The notes under the pieces are model-generated. The model was given only the letters and a program-made list of their open reading frames with translations. It searched no databases and was not told where the DNA came from. From Nitrosopumilaceae archaeon (GTDB lineage: Archaea; Thermoproteota; Nitrososphaeria; Nitrososphaerales; Nitrosopumilaceae): a DNA stretch of 64,000 nucleotides. This document shows positions 29,743 to 41,734 of the stretch, piece by piece; positions within the stretch are counted from its first letter, which is position 1; every line of letters starts with the position of its first letter. The translations under genes and the position numbers were made by a program. The stretch is from positions 352,001-416,000 of the forward strand of contig CBDCCK010000002.1 of NCBI GenBank assembly GCA_965214835.1, given 5' to 3'.

Positions 29743-30532
29743 ATGAAAAAGTCCCTCCAACGGATATACAATACCGACTGTATGGATTTTATGAGTAGTT
29801 ATTCCGGTAAAAAATTCGATGTTATCGTCACATCCCCACCATACAACGTAAACAAGAAATACAACATCTATTTGGATAACCTGACCCTAGTAGACTACCT
29901 AAAGTGGGTGGAGTTGTGGGGGGGGGCTCTATGACCTACTTTCAGACAACGGATCATTTTTCCTAAACATAGGCTACACTGCTAAAAACCCGAACATACC
30001 GTTTGATGTCCAGCGCGTGCTGTCAAAGTACTTCAAGACGCAGAACATATTCCACTGGATAAAGTCAATATCAATACCTGAGTCAAACATATCCGTCGGA
30101 CATTTCAAGCCCATTAATACGCCACGTTTCGTAAACCAGTGCCATGAATTTGTGTTTCATTTCACCAAAAATGGTAACGTGCCTCTTGACAAACTGTCGA
30201 TAGGAGTTTCGTATGCAGATAAAAGTAACATAACGCGCTGGAACCACGGAAACACAAAACGTGACAGGGGAAACACGTGGTTCATACCATATGAGACAAA
30301 AAATGGGAATATGAGACATCCTTGTGAGTTTCCGGTCAAGCTCCCTGAAATGTGCATCATGCTACATGGCGTAAAAAACGACCTTTTTGTCTATGATCCG
30401 TTTATGGGAATCGGCTCCACGGCCATTGCGTGTAAAAGACTTGGTGTAAGGTGTGTCGGCACCGAGATAGATCCAGAGTATGTGGATGTTGCAAACCAAA
30501 GACTTGAAAACGAGGTGTTGATTTGTCAGTAG
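29743..30532 (+). CDS. Beta-class N4-C/N6-A DNA methyltransferase, frameshifted at a G9 tract (29918-29926)
   Basis: [10 protein letters not shown] in the first frame. [19 protein letters not shown] and DPFMGIGST in the +1 frame. Removing one G fuses them. Confidence 0.88.
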
Positions 30533-31074
30533 AGTTTCATAGTCTCATAAAGGACACATGCGATAAAACGGTACTGCAAACGCAAAAGAGCCATCCAATA
30601 CTGAAGATACTATCAAATGGTCTTAACATAATTCTACGAAAATCAAAATACACAAGGTATGAAGACAGGCGTATAAACGATTTAGGCAAGTCGTTGGAAC
30701 AGGAGATAAAGGACATAATAACACACGATAATGACATCAAGCTTATTCCATACAGTCAACACCTGGGTTATCCTGATCTACGTGTCCAAATACATGGTAA
30801 AGTCGTGTTTATTGAGATAAAGACAACGTCAAAAGAAGAAAATTTTGATTCAACTCAACGTGTGTTTTATTACACAAATGGCAACAAGATAAGCGACGAC
30901 GGATACCACCTACTCATACAGCTGTTCTTGGAAGCATCACCATCAAATCCAAATTCCTACATTTTCAAGAAGTGGAGGATAAGGGACCTGTATTCTCTAA
31001 GTGTAAGCCTAAAGCGAGAATACAATGCGAGCTATAGAGATTTAAACAACTTACCCGTATTGTGTGGTTCCTAG
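30523..31074 (+). CDS. Putative type II restriction endonuclease (PD-(D/E)XK)
   Basis: GYPDL...FIEIKT catalytic pattern, overlaps MTase end, AT-rich. Confidence 0.7.
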   Translation: MSVEFHSLIKDTCDKTVLQTQKSHPILKILSNGLNIILRKSKYTRYEDRRINDLGKSLEQEIKDIITHDNDIKLIPYSQHLGYPDLRVQIHGKVVFIEIKTTSKEENFDSTQRVFYYTNGNKISDDGYHLLIQLFLEASPSNPNSYIFKKWRIRDLYSLSVSLKREYNASYRDLNNLPVLCGS

Positions 31075-31075
31075 A

Positions 31076-31267
31076 ATGGAATGTAACAACCGCTGTGAAA
31101 AATTCAGAAAAGCTAGGAGATACAACACACAGGATTCCAAATACTGTGTTAATTGTGACATCTTTCTAGAAACCAAAAACAACCGCTGTCCTTGTTGCAA
31201 CAATCAATTGCGAACCGGGCCGGCAAACTCAAAAAACAGAAAAAACCACCGTAAAAAATCCGAATAA
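31076..31267 (+). CDS. Small Cys-rich zinc-finger protein
   Basis: MECNNRC...YCVNCDIF...RCPCCNNQLR. Confidence 0.6.
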   Translation: MECNNRCEKFRKARRYNTQDSKYCVNCDIFLETKNNRCPCCNNQLRTGPANSKNRKNHRKKSE

Positions 31268-31547
31268 ATGGCGCTGTCCAGCCACAAAAATTCATCTCAA
31301 AGATCTACACCCTAGGTGCCTAAAACTACACAAAACAGCCCGAAAGGTCAGATTGCCCAGGTATTCCTGATCCAAGCAAAATTCCATATCACCAAGATTG
31401 CACAGAACCGCCCGTCCTATACTTTTAATATGAGATATGAGAATACTAAGCAGGTGGGTAAAGTCTGTTGAGCAATCAATAGGATCTTGACCGAAACAAT
31501 GACGTCTGTTCGGACAGATAGGAAGGAGTAGGTCAAGAGTCACCATT

Positions 31548-32148
31548 AGACTTTATGATTAAAAATTCCGCAAGGTTTTCCAAGCGCAGTCGTGCTGATC
31601 AGACCAAGCTGCTGCATGCAGATGTGTCATGACGCATGCAAAAATCTGCTCATGTCAAAAAGACGTGCGCAGCCCTGCAGCACGGCCATGTGCCTTGCTG
31701 ACGAATCAGAAAAAAGGCGGCCCGTGCCGCCGTACGTTATATGTCAAGCAGGTGACCGTGGCGCCTTTTCTTTTTCAGTATCGTCTTGAGGTTCTCAAGA
31801 CCTGTAATTACCTGTATGAAATAGTTGAGATCCCTAGCGGTTCCGCCAAACGGCATGGTCAGGATGTCATATTTTTTGAGCCGCCCGATGTGGTGCACCA
31901 CCCTGACGCGCACCCTGCTTATCTGCTTACGGCGCCTCTTTTGCGTCGCGGCAAGCTCCCCGTCTCTGGGCTTCTTAGGAGGATGCCTGTTTGTGGCGTC
32001 CGGAGGCATCCTTTGAATGTCCTCAAAGCCCAAGCCGCTATAAACCACAAACGCCTTTCCCGGATCGTCTGCGTTTCCTGCGTTTTTCATTGATCTGGTG
32101 TGCCTCCCAAAAAATTTGCCAATCGAGTCTCTGATGCATTCACAGTGA
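31548..32148 (-). pseudogene. Degenerate IS5-family transposase remnant
   Basis: GLGFEDI..PPKKPRDGEL..QKRRRKQISRVRVRVVHHIGRLKKY mirrors the C-terminus of the 27169 transposase. TIR-like agactttatg at 31548. Confidence 0.75.
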
Positions 32149-32274
32149 GGTTGTTTCCTAATTCCACTTGCCTGATTCAATCTGTATGTTTTTCTGAATT
32201 TTCGCCCTTTTGCACGCCTGATCCATATGGCATCTCAACGGTTTTCAGGAATTCTGACGAATTAGGAAACAAGC
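32149..32274. mobile_element. 126-bp MITE (GGTTGTTTCCTAATT TIR), copy 1
   Basis: Terminal inverted repeats, with a highly similar copy at 45625-45750. Confidence 0.8.
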
Positions 32275-32371
32275 AGAGTTGAAGTCATGTACCCTGCCGG
32301 CTAGGCATGAAAACCACAGCTGCAGGCAAACGTGTGCCTAGTTGCTACCTAGGCAGGGCCATCCCATTACC

Positions 32372-32900
32372 ACACCACCAATGCTCCCACATACTGACAA
32401 GACAGGAGAGATGCAATACTCCGATGAGGCCGCATTCACGCTTCAGGAACGAGTGAAACACAGCGATCTGGTAATCGAAGGCATGGTGATCAACATGGCA
32501 TCGATGAAGCAGATAGATCTGGCCGATGATGATTGCTGGGATTTCATGATCGTCACGGTGAAGGTAAATGGTGTCCTCAAGGGTGAGGCAAAGAAGGAAA
32601 CCGTAGACGTGTAGCTGTATGACGGTGAAACTGACGATGTGATGGCTGTATTCGAGAGGCATGTCGTCGGGATCAATGATGATGTCATGATGTTCCTAGA
32701 GAAAAATCCAGACGGCATGGCTGATGACAATTAGACGTTATGCGTAATCGATTCAGATCTAGGATTGTTACGAACAAATTTGCCTCATTCAGGTTGATTA
32801 CGCATAAAATCTATTATGTCTTGGTCGGCCCAACATCTGGAATGCATCTGATCGAAGAGGACTCTGCCAAGCACTACTACGAAGAAATGTCGTTAACGGC
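32372..32900 (+). pseudogene. Degraded secreted-protein gene interrupted by a stop codon and a MITE
   Basis: LQERVKHSDLVIEGMV..IVTVKVNGVLKG, in-frame TAG near 32612. Removing the MITE restores DDN|YVLVGPTSG. Confidence 0.6.
32733..32812. mobile_element. 80-bp MITE with IS5-type TIRs (inverted relative to the 16253 copy)
   Basis: agacgttatgcgtaatcg...gattacgcataaaatct, 3-bp TSD ATT. Confidence 0.85.
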
Positions 32901-32997
32901 TAGGTGCTATAGATTCACCAAAAGGATCACAGCAGAGCAGACACCCATCAGGGCATACATGAACTTTCTATACCTGGGATGACGTGTTCTCAGCAAG

Positions 32998-33423
32998 CTA
33001 CTTTACCACCAGTACGGAAACCCTGCACTTGTGCATTACGAAATTCGAGACGCTGCCCAAAAGCACCTCCCTTATGCCCCCAAGATCCCGGGAGCCAATG
33101 ACTACCAGATCAATCCCGTTTTTCCTCTGGTTGGCATAGTTTGAGATGAGCGAGCCCGGGTGTCCCTTGAGGATCTTCGTCTGGACAGATATGTCGCGCT
33201 TTTTTGCGCCGTCCTTGATTTTTTCCAGGGCGTCCTTGGCGTCCGAATACATTGCCTCCTGTGCGACCCTTACGTTGCGGTACGACAGCGGCGAGAAGGG
33301 CAGCACGTAAAGCGCGACCAAGGAGGCCCCGTACTGCTTTGCAATCCCCATGGCCTCGTTGACTGCGTTTTTTGACTTGCTGGACGCATCCACCGGCACC
33401 AGGATTTTTTTATAGTCTGTCAT
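32998..33423 (-). CDS. Universal stress protein (UspA family)
   Basis: YKKILVPVD, DLVVIGSRDLGG..LLGSVS. Confidence 0.92.
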   Translation of the reverse strand: MTDYKKILVPVDASSKSKNAVNEAMGIAKQYGASLVALYVLPFSPLSYRNVRVAQEAMYSDAKDALEKIKDGAKKRDISVQTKILKGHPGSLISNYANQRKNGIDLVVIGSRDLGGIREVLLGSVSNFVMHKCRVSVLVVK

Positions 33424-33428
33424 TTATC

Positions 33429-33947
33429 TCAGCGCCCCACCTGCAGCCTCTGCTCCTTTCCAAGCACGAGGTTGCGGACCTTGACCATTTTTCTGGCCAG
33501 CATGAATCCCGCGCCGGACATTGAGCTTCCAAGTATGATGTGCAGTATGTTAGAGTCCTGCTGCGGCGCGACAAGCATGACATATGCAAATCCCGCAATC
33601 ATCAGCACCACTCCGAATGCCGCAAACAGGGCCATCATGGTCGGCACCCGCGCAGGAACAGGCGGCAGCGCCTTTTCGTCAGGTGATGACTCTGAAAAAT
33701 CAAGATCCTTGCAGACGTGGCAGCAGCGGTGGCGCTTTTTGTTTTGCCAGGAGGTGGTCAGAAAGAAGAACTCCTGACGGCACGAGTCGCACTTTCTCTT
33801 GGGCAGCGTGATGCGTCCGTTGTCGTCAAAGTCCTGGCCTACCTTTTTCATGCATTCCCTGCAAAAGTATCCGGGAACCCTCCACTGCTTTTGAAAGTTG
33901 TACTTCTTCCAGCCAAGCGTTACATTGCAGCCGGTGCACGAGGTCAT
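33429..33947 (-). CDS. Zinc-ribbon membrane protein, hypothetical
   Basis: Four CxxC pairs followed by two TM helices. Confidence 0.7.
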   Translation of the reverse strand: MTSCTGCNVTLGWKKYNFQKQWRVPGYFCRECMKKVGQDFDDNGRITLPKRKCDSCRQEFFFLTTSWQNKKRHRCCHVCKDLDFSESSPDEKALPPVPARVPTMMALFAAFGVVLMIAGFAYVMLVAPQQDSNILHIILGSSMSGAGFMLARKMVKVRNLVLGKEQRLQVGR

Positions 33948-35953
33948 GCGCCCCCTCCTCCCGAGGATTCGGGTGCCTGGTTCTTGCCAAGCACCTGCGC
34001 GATTCCCTTCCTTGCCTCGATTATTGGCAGGAAGATTATGAAGAACGATGCCACGCTGACCCAGACGACAGATATTCCAACCCAGACGCTGTATGCCATT
34101 ATGTCAAATACCATGCCGGATGCAATAAGCGGCATCGGCCACGCGATGATCAGCACCAGTGTCATGATTCCCCCGCCCTTGAGGCTGAACTTGAAAGCCT
34201 TTTTGAGGGTCTCCTCGTTCTCGGTTATCTGGGCAGACTCGGCCTCGGTCAGCTCGACAAGGGTGATCTTCTCCTTGAGATCCTTCCAGTCAAAGGCCGG
34301 CCTCTTTGTAGCAAGGCTTCCAAACACGGTTATCGCACCGCCGGTCAGGATTCCTGCAATGTTTCCAAACAGCATGGAATAGTTGTGACCTAGGCTGTCG
34401 AGGTTGATCTGGCCGCCGTACTCGGGCAGGGATGCGGCGACCGCCAGCCAGGTGGTCAGTGCGACGCCCAGGCCGATTATCGCGCCCGAGGTGGCAGCGA
34501 CCCGGTTTGTCCTCTTCCAGAGAATCGTCAGTGCGATTGGGATTACCGCGGCGCCGATTATGATGCCCATTGCAAGGTATACAAAGCCCAAGCTCAGTCC
34601 CATGTACAGCAGCATTACTGCAAGGCCCCCCATTCCTAGGCCGAACCCGACAATCGTCGCCCTGGAAACCTTGACGAGCTTTTTGCCGGAGGCATTGGGA
34701 TTCTTGTACGTCCGGTAAATATCATATGTAATCAGCGAGGAGACGGCAATCAGCTCCGCAGATCCCGCGGACGTTACTGCCATGAACAGCATCGTGAGCA
34801 CCATGATTGCGCCGACCTCGCCCATGAGCGCAGTTGCGGCGGCAGGAACCACCAGCCCCAGCTGGACCTGTGCGGGCGTCAGGTCAACGTCCAGCGCGAC
34901 TGCCGTGAGCCCCATCGTCGTGGCCAGGGTAAACGGAATTGCAAACCAGCATGCGCCGCCAAGCAGAAAGCCCTTTACGGTGGAGGACGGCTTTGCGGCA
35001 ATCGCCCTCTGCCAGTATGCCTGATCAACGAAGACGGTTCCAAAGTTTCCCACTATATTGATGATGCCAAACATCAGGCCGCCGATTGAGGCCATCGTCA
35101 GGAACGCGCCTGCGGCATTGCCCTCGATGGGCCTCAGCTCTGCTGCCTCTACAAGCTTGTGGTACATTCCCTCGACGCCGCCGGTGATATCGCTGTTGAC
35201 GTATACGGCCGCAACAAACGTCAGGATCACGACGAATATGATTATAGTGTGCATATAGTCGGCAACAAAGGTTGCCTTGAGGCCGCCGACTAGGGTGTAG
35301 ATCATCACGCCGACTGGAATCAAAAAGGCGGCAAGGGAGATGTCCATTCCAGTCAGGCCGTTGACTACTGCGGAGCCGCCAAGAAGAAGCATGGCAGTTA
35401 CGATCATGTTGGTAGTCAGCGCAAATACAAGGAACACCTTGTGCGAGCCGTCGCCATACCGCGCGCGAATGATTTCTAGGAACGTGTGCGCGTTTGGCGC
35501 CTTGCGTTTTAGCTCGATGGCCAGGATTCCAAACAGGAGAACCTGGATTGATGCGCCTGCAGCATACCAGAACGGGCCGCTGATCCCGTACTGGTATGCC
35601 ACCGTGGAGGACTGGAGCAGAGTTGCCGCCCAGGTCCAGGCAGAGACGATTGCGGCCGCAGTCAGCCCGGTCTTGATGGTGCGGCCCGCAGTATTGAACA
35701 TCTCGGAGGTCTGGTTGACGCCGAGGTATCTCTCCTCGATCTTTACCTCGATTGTAATGATGACGGCAAACACCGCGCCCAGGCCGACGACGACTGCCCA
35801 GCCTATCCATTCAGGCAGGGCCTCGCCGATTGCAAACCCCTCTGAGATCTCGCCTGCACCAAAGGCTGCCTGGGGGAAGCACACAGCAACTACGGCAGCT
35901 ATGGCAAAAAATGGAAGAATACCTACGAGCTTTCCAGGCACCATGAAACCCAA
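33944..35953 (-). CDS. dur3: Urea active transporter (DUR3, sodium:solute symporter family)
   Basis: SEMFNTAGRTIKTGL, VSAWTWAATLLQS, GNFGTVFVDQAYWQRAIAA. Adjacent to ureC. Confidence 0.92.
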   Translation of the reverse strand: MGFMVPGKLVGILPFFAIAAVVAVCFPQAAFGAGEISEGFAIGEALPEWIGWAVVVGLGAVFAVIITIEVKIEERYLGVNQTSEMFNTAGRTIKTGLTAAAIVSAWTWAATLLQSSTVAYQYGISGPFWYAAGASIQVLLFGILAIELKRKAPNAHTFLEIIRARYGDGSHKVFLVFALTTNMIVTAMLLLGGSAVVNGLTGMDISLAAFLIPVGVMIYTLVGGLKATFVADYMHTIIIFVVILTFVAAVYVNSDITGGVEGMYHKLVEAAELRPIEGNAAGAFLTMASIGGLMFGIINIVGNFGTVFVDQAYWQRAIAAKPSSTVKGFLLGGACWFAIPFTLATTMGLTAVALDVDLTPAQVQLGLVVPAAATALMGEVGAIMVLTMLFMAVTSAGSAELIAVSSLITYDIYRTYKNPNASGKKLVKVSRATIVGFGLGMGGLAVMLLYMGLSLGFVYLAMGIIIGAAVIPIALTILWKRTNRVAATSGAIIGLGVALTTWLAVAASLPEYGGQINLDSLGHNYSMLFGNIAGILTGGAITVFGSLATKRPAFDWKDLKEKITLVELTEAESAQITENEETLKKAFKFSLKGGGIMTLVLIIAWPMPLIASGMVFDIMAYSVWVGISVVWVSVASFFIIFLPIIEARKGIAQVLGKNQAPESSGGGGA

Positions 35954-36048
35954 TGTGGCGGGATTTACTTAGCAGTTCAAGAGGTTGGTTTCTTTAAATA
36001 TAAAACGCCTGATCGGGTGCCGGGGTTTCAGTCGATGTCGGCAAAAAA

Positions 36049-37757
<1,709 letters not shown>

Positions 37758-37761
<4 letters not shown>

Positions 37762-38135
37762 AAAGAGACCTCCCTGAATCCCCTCTCCCTTGCCCTTTGA
37801 AGCGCCTCCGTCCTTTTCTCGTCCAGGTCCCCGTTGACCATCCCGCTGAATCCAAAGACGATCCTTTTTCCGCCGTACTCGACAAGATCCACCTCCCGGG
37901 AGTCACCCGGCTCGAATCTTACAGACGTTCCCGCAGGGATGTTGAGATGAAACCCATAGGCCTTTTCCCTTGCAAAGGAGAGCGCCTTGTTTGCCTCAAA
38001 AAAGTGCGTGTGCGAGCCGACCTGGACCGGCCTGTCGCCCGTGTTGGATACACGCAGGGTGACGGTGTTTCTTCCCACGTTGGCAAGGATCTCGCCGTCA
38101 GATATCATGTACTCGCCGGGCCTCATGCATATCAC
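37758..38135 (-). CDS. ureB: Urease subunit beta
   Basis: [31 protein letters not shown]. Confidence 0.97.
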
Positions 38136-38434
38136 ACTATGGGGTCGTGGACCGTGACCAGCTTTGTCCCGTCCTCAAAGGTGGCCTCCACCTGAATCGA
38201 ATGAATCAGCTCCGGGACGCCGGGCAGCACGTCATCCTTTGAGAGGACCCTCCTTCCGGAGCTCATAAGGTCGGAGACGGATCTTCCGTCGCGCGCGCCC
38301 TCCAGGATGTGATCCGTGATTAGCGCCACGGCCTCCGGATGGTTTAGCTTCAGGCCCCTGTCCTTTCTGCGCCCGGCAAGCTGTGCTGCTAGAAAGACAT
38401 GCAGCTTGTCCATCTCCCGGGGGGTAAGCATCAT
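38132..38434 (-). CDS. ureA: Urease subunit gamma
   Basis: [37 protein letters not shown]. Confidence 0.97.
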   Translation of the reverse strand: MMLTPREMDKLHVFLAAQLAGRRKDRGLKLNHPEAVALITDHILEGARDGRSVSDLMSSGRRVLSKDDVLPGVPELIHSIQVEATFEDGTKLVTVHDPIV

Positions 38435-38701
38435 TGAAGCGACTAGCCGGTCAATGTATTTAATAGTTAAAGGCAGTCTTCACAGATGTAACCGATTCGT
38501 GGCGGCGCAGGCGGTGGCGTACGGATCTGCAGGCAGCCTTGCTTGAACTGTTTCGGGTTTGAGGTCGTTTTGTGGGGAAATTTTGGGAAGACTGTACGGC
38601 ATCTCTTCAAACGATTCTCAGATTGAAGACAATCGTGCGCCTGTTCTGTCCCTCGGAGTTTGGTCGCATATCTGTGTCATGGGAGACATATTCCAGCGTG
38701 T

Positions 38702-40117
38702 CAGTAGTTCCTCGATGTACTTTTGCAGGCACGATAATTACGCAATTTGCCGAGATTTTTTGACCATCATACTATAGATCAGGCGGTGTGCCAACCATCA
38801 TCATGTCAGTAACACAAAACGACGTGTTTGCACACCAGTTTGACATAACATCGAGACAGTTTAAAACATTGCGACGGCGGTTTCCCAAGCTCGGGCTGGC
38901 CGTCTCAAAGAGTCGCAACGCAGTGTATGACCACATCGACGCACTGCGCGTTCTATATTTCATGTCTGAGAGGAGGATGTTTGCAGAATCTGCCGTGACG
39001 CACCTTCGCAGGCGGGCCTCAAAATGCAGCAGGCAGCAGCATGACGACGGGGCTGCCTCCAAGGGCGGCGCGTATAGTTGCCGTACGCCTAGTCCGGACT
39101 GGATCCTAAAGGCGATCCGGGGCGTCAGCCTGGATGATGCGCAAAAGTGGTGCAGCTCCATGCTGCAGCATACGGTAAGGTGCGCCCGCAGGTCAGGCAT
39201 GCTGCACAACACGGACGTCGTGGCAGTGGACGTTACCGACGTGGAATACTATGGCAAGGGCCTGGAGGATATCGCCAGAAAGTCAAAGCCCAAGAACGGC
39301 ACGTCGACGTTTCTCTCGCACATTACCATGCACGGAATAGGATCAGATGACGGGTCTGACCTCGTGCTTTCCTCGCTGCAGCTTCCAAAAGAGGCAAAAC
39401 TGGCCGATTTCGTGCCTAAAATGATCCGCAAGGCGTCCAGATCAGGGATGAGGATCAAGACGTTCCTGTATGACCGCGGGTTCTTTAACGTGGACTGCAT
39501 GAGGGCTGCAGAAACAAGCACGGGCAGCTACATCATGCCTGCCGTCAAGAACAGGAGGATAGTGGCGGCAATAGAGGAGCATGACCGCGGAGAACGCGGT
39601 GCGGTATCAAAATATACAATGACCAACAAGGACGGCAAGAGCGCCACATTCAGGCTAGTCATTGTGGAAAAGGACGAGGTAGAAAAGGACGGCACGGCAG
39701 CAGCAAAGAAGGACAAGGCAGAAGAGACCATAGCCGACAGGTATCTGGTCTTTGCCACCAACATGTCTGCTAAAAGTGCAGAGGCAGTCATTGAGCAGAT
39801 ACCGGAGGAGTACCGCAGTCGGTGGGGAATCGAGACCGGGTTCAGGGTGATCAAGGGGATAATGGGCAAGACGTGCAGCAATTCCCCGGTCGTCAGGCTG
39901 CTGCTGTTCTATATGTCTGTCATACTGTACAACCTGTGGAGGACTGCCGTGTTCATAGACGTGGAATCCAAGTGGGACGGATTTGCAGGAGGGAAGGGGT
40001 TTACCATGATGCTGTTTGTCGCGTGCATTGTCGATGCGGCCGACTCGTTTGTAAACGATCGCGGAAAGTAGCGGAGGTGCCGTGTCGGGTCTGCAAAAGT
40101 ACATCTAGGAAGTACTG
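38702..40117 (+). mobile_element. ISH3/IS4-like insertion sequence
   Basis: TIR CAGTAGTTCCTCGATGTACTTTTGCAG / CAGTACTTCCTAGATGTACTTTTGCAG (25/27). No target duplication seen. Confidence 0.85.
38788..40071 (+). CDS. ISH3/IS4-type DDE transposase
   Basis: VAVDVT..YYG, LYDRGFF, YRSRWGIETGFR (YREK-like motif). Confidence 0.9.
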   Translation: MPTIIMSVTQNDVFAHQFDITSRQFKTLRRRFPKLGLAVSKSRNAVYDHIDALRVLYFMSERRMFAESAVTHLRRRASKCSRQQHDDGAASKGGAYSCRTPSPDWILKAIRGVSLDDAQKWCSSMLQHTVRCARRSGMLHNTDVVAVDVTDVEYYGKGLEDIARKSKPKNGTSTFLSHITMHGIGSDDGSDLVLSSLQLPKEAKLADFVPKMIRKASRSGMRIKTFLYDRGFFNVDCMRAAETSTGSYIMPAVKNRRIVAAIEEHDRGERGAVSKYTMTNKDGKSATFRLVIVEKDEVEKDGTAAAKKDKAEETIADRYLVFATNMSAKSAEAVIEQIPEEYRSRWGIETGFRVIKGIMGKTCSNSPVVRLLLFYMSVILYNLWRTAVFIDVESKWDGFAGGKGFTMMLFVACIVDAADSFVNDRGK

Positions 40118-40844
40118 ATATGGACAGTTTGATTTAGAACGAATCATTCTTACATTGAGACAGACTCCAACAGGAAATCGTATTTGCGTAGATCAGAAGG
40201 GTAAGGATGCCATTGAAAATTATAGATTGGGAAGATATTTGATGCATGCTCAAGTATACGAACATCATGCACGTGTAGCAGCCGATCAAATGTTTCTCAA
40301 AGCACTAAAATTTGCCACAGATGATGAAATTATTGATAAAAAGACACTAACCACTTCCAAATCTTGCTCTCATAAAAAATTCTTGGACTATTATTTGAAA
40401 TTAGACGATCGTGGAATTTACCAAATGATTCTTGAGAAAGGAAAATCCAGATCTGCAAAAATTCTTAACGCGATAAAGTGTAGAAAGTTGCTTAAACGGG
40501 CATGTGACTATACATTAGGATCAAAGGAAGACTATGAAGCAAGTGAAAAAATTTTAAGATTGGATGGTGAAAAATTTGCAAATGAGCTTGCCGCTGCAAC
40601 CAAAATAAACCCTGCAGACGTTATTGTTAAAGTATCCAAAATCACGATTAAATTATATGATAAGGGGGATATTTTGGTTTTACAGAAAGGCATTCCATTA
40701 GATTTGAATGGCTTGTCCCCAATCTCCTCTGAGAACTCTATCACAAAGCTAATCATATTTGGTCCTAGAGATGACAAACAGCGAAAAAAACTAACAAAGG
40801 AAGTTTCAAATTACCTAAAAATCCCCATGAAAAACATCATATGA
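40118..40844 (+). pseudogene. C-terminal remnant of an HD-domain phosphohydrolase (dNTPase-like)
   Basis: YGQFDLERII, AIENYRLGRYLMHAQVYEHH, LDD, RKLLK. AT-rich, and the N-terminal HD core is missing at the IS boundary. Confidence 0.75.
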
Positions 40845-41233
40845 ATGCCTGCCCCACTCGCAATTTCTGCAAATTCGGCAAAAATAGTAACAGGTTGGGC
40901 TCTAGAAGCTCAGACGTGAATCTTGCCACTGCTTCCCGAAGTAACCCGTAAAGCGATTCTAAAACTCGAAACAGTTCAAACCAAGCTGCCTGAGGATCCG
41001 CATATGGCCGTCTTCTGCACTGCGGTGAGTCTGGTACATTTGGGAAGACTGTCGTACGAGCGCGGTTGTCCCATGATTCACCAGAATTCCTGAAAACCAC
41101 GGGGTGTCATCTGGACTAGGCATGCAAGGGGTGGGAATTCAGAAAAGCGTGCAGATTGAGTCAAACAGCCGAAATTGCGCGACAACCTCCATACGATCTA
41201 AGAAAATATAACTCATCAGAGCTATCAGATACC

Positions 41234-41734
41234 ATGCTGAGTGTAACCTCCGTTTCCGGAAATATTTTTCATGGCGGGAGGTACAAGTCGCTAAAGGACG
41301 GGGGGTTCGAGCGGTTCAAGGTCTCACGCGCAGAGCTTGAAAAAAGCCGCATCAGAAGGCAGACGGACAGGGGAACGGACGTCGGCCTGGCCCTCGCCCC
41401 GGGCGGGATCCTGCACCATGGTGACGTACTGCTGTCATCAGGTGACGGGAGGGTCATAGTTGTCGAGCAGCTGCCAGAAAAGGTAATCTCCGTCAGGCTC
41501 AAAAACAGCAAGGCGTCCCGGGTCGATCTTCTGGTGCTTGTTGGACACATTATAGGAAACAGGCACAGGCCAATCTCAATAAAAAACGACGTTATCTACT
41601 TTCCAATCCAGGCAGACTCTGAGCTTGAGGTGTTTCAAAGACTGTTTGCAGGCGTGATCGACGGCATCGAGTTGTCGGTTGGCGAGATGGTCTTTAGTCC
41701 GCATGCGGGGGCAGGTGTACACGACCATGGATGA
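41234..41734 (+). CDS. ureE: Urease accessory protein UreE
   Basis: KSRIRRQTDRGTDVGL, LHHGDVL, GHIIGNRH, terminal His motif. Confidence 0.93.
   Translation: MLSVTSVSGNIFHGGRYKSLKDGGFERFKVSRAELEKSRIRRQTDRGTDVGLALAPGGILHHGDVLLSSGDGRVIVVEQLPEKVISVRLKNSKASRVDLLVLVGHIIGNRHRPISIKNDVIYFPIQADSELEVFQRLFAGVIDGIELSVGEMVFSPHAGAGVHDHG

Larger units (their letters stand above)
26331..31409. mobile_element. IS6-family cargo transposon (transposase + tRNA + RM genes + small ORFs)
   Basis: TIRs GGTTCTGTGTAAGATTGGTGA / GGTTCTGTGCAATCTTGGTGA (18/21). Perfect 8-bp TSD GCCCGTCC at 26323-26330 and 31410-31417. Confidence 0.9.
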
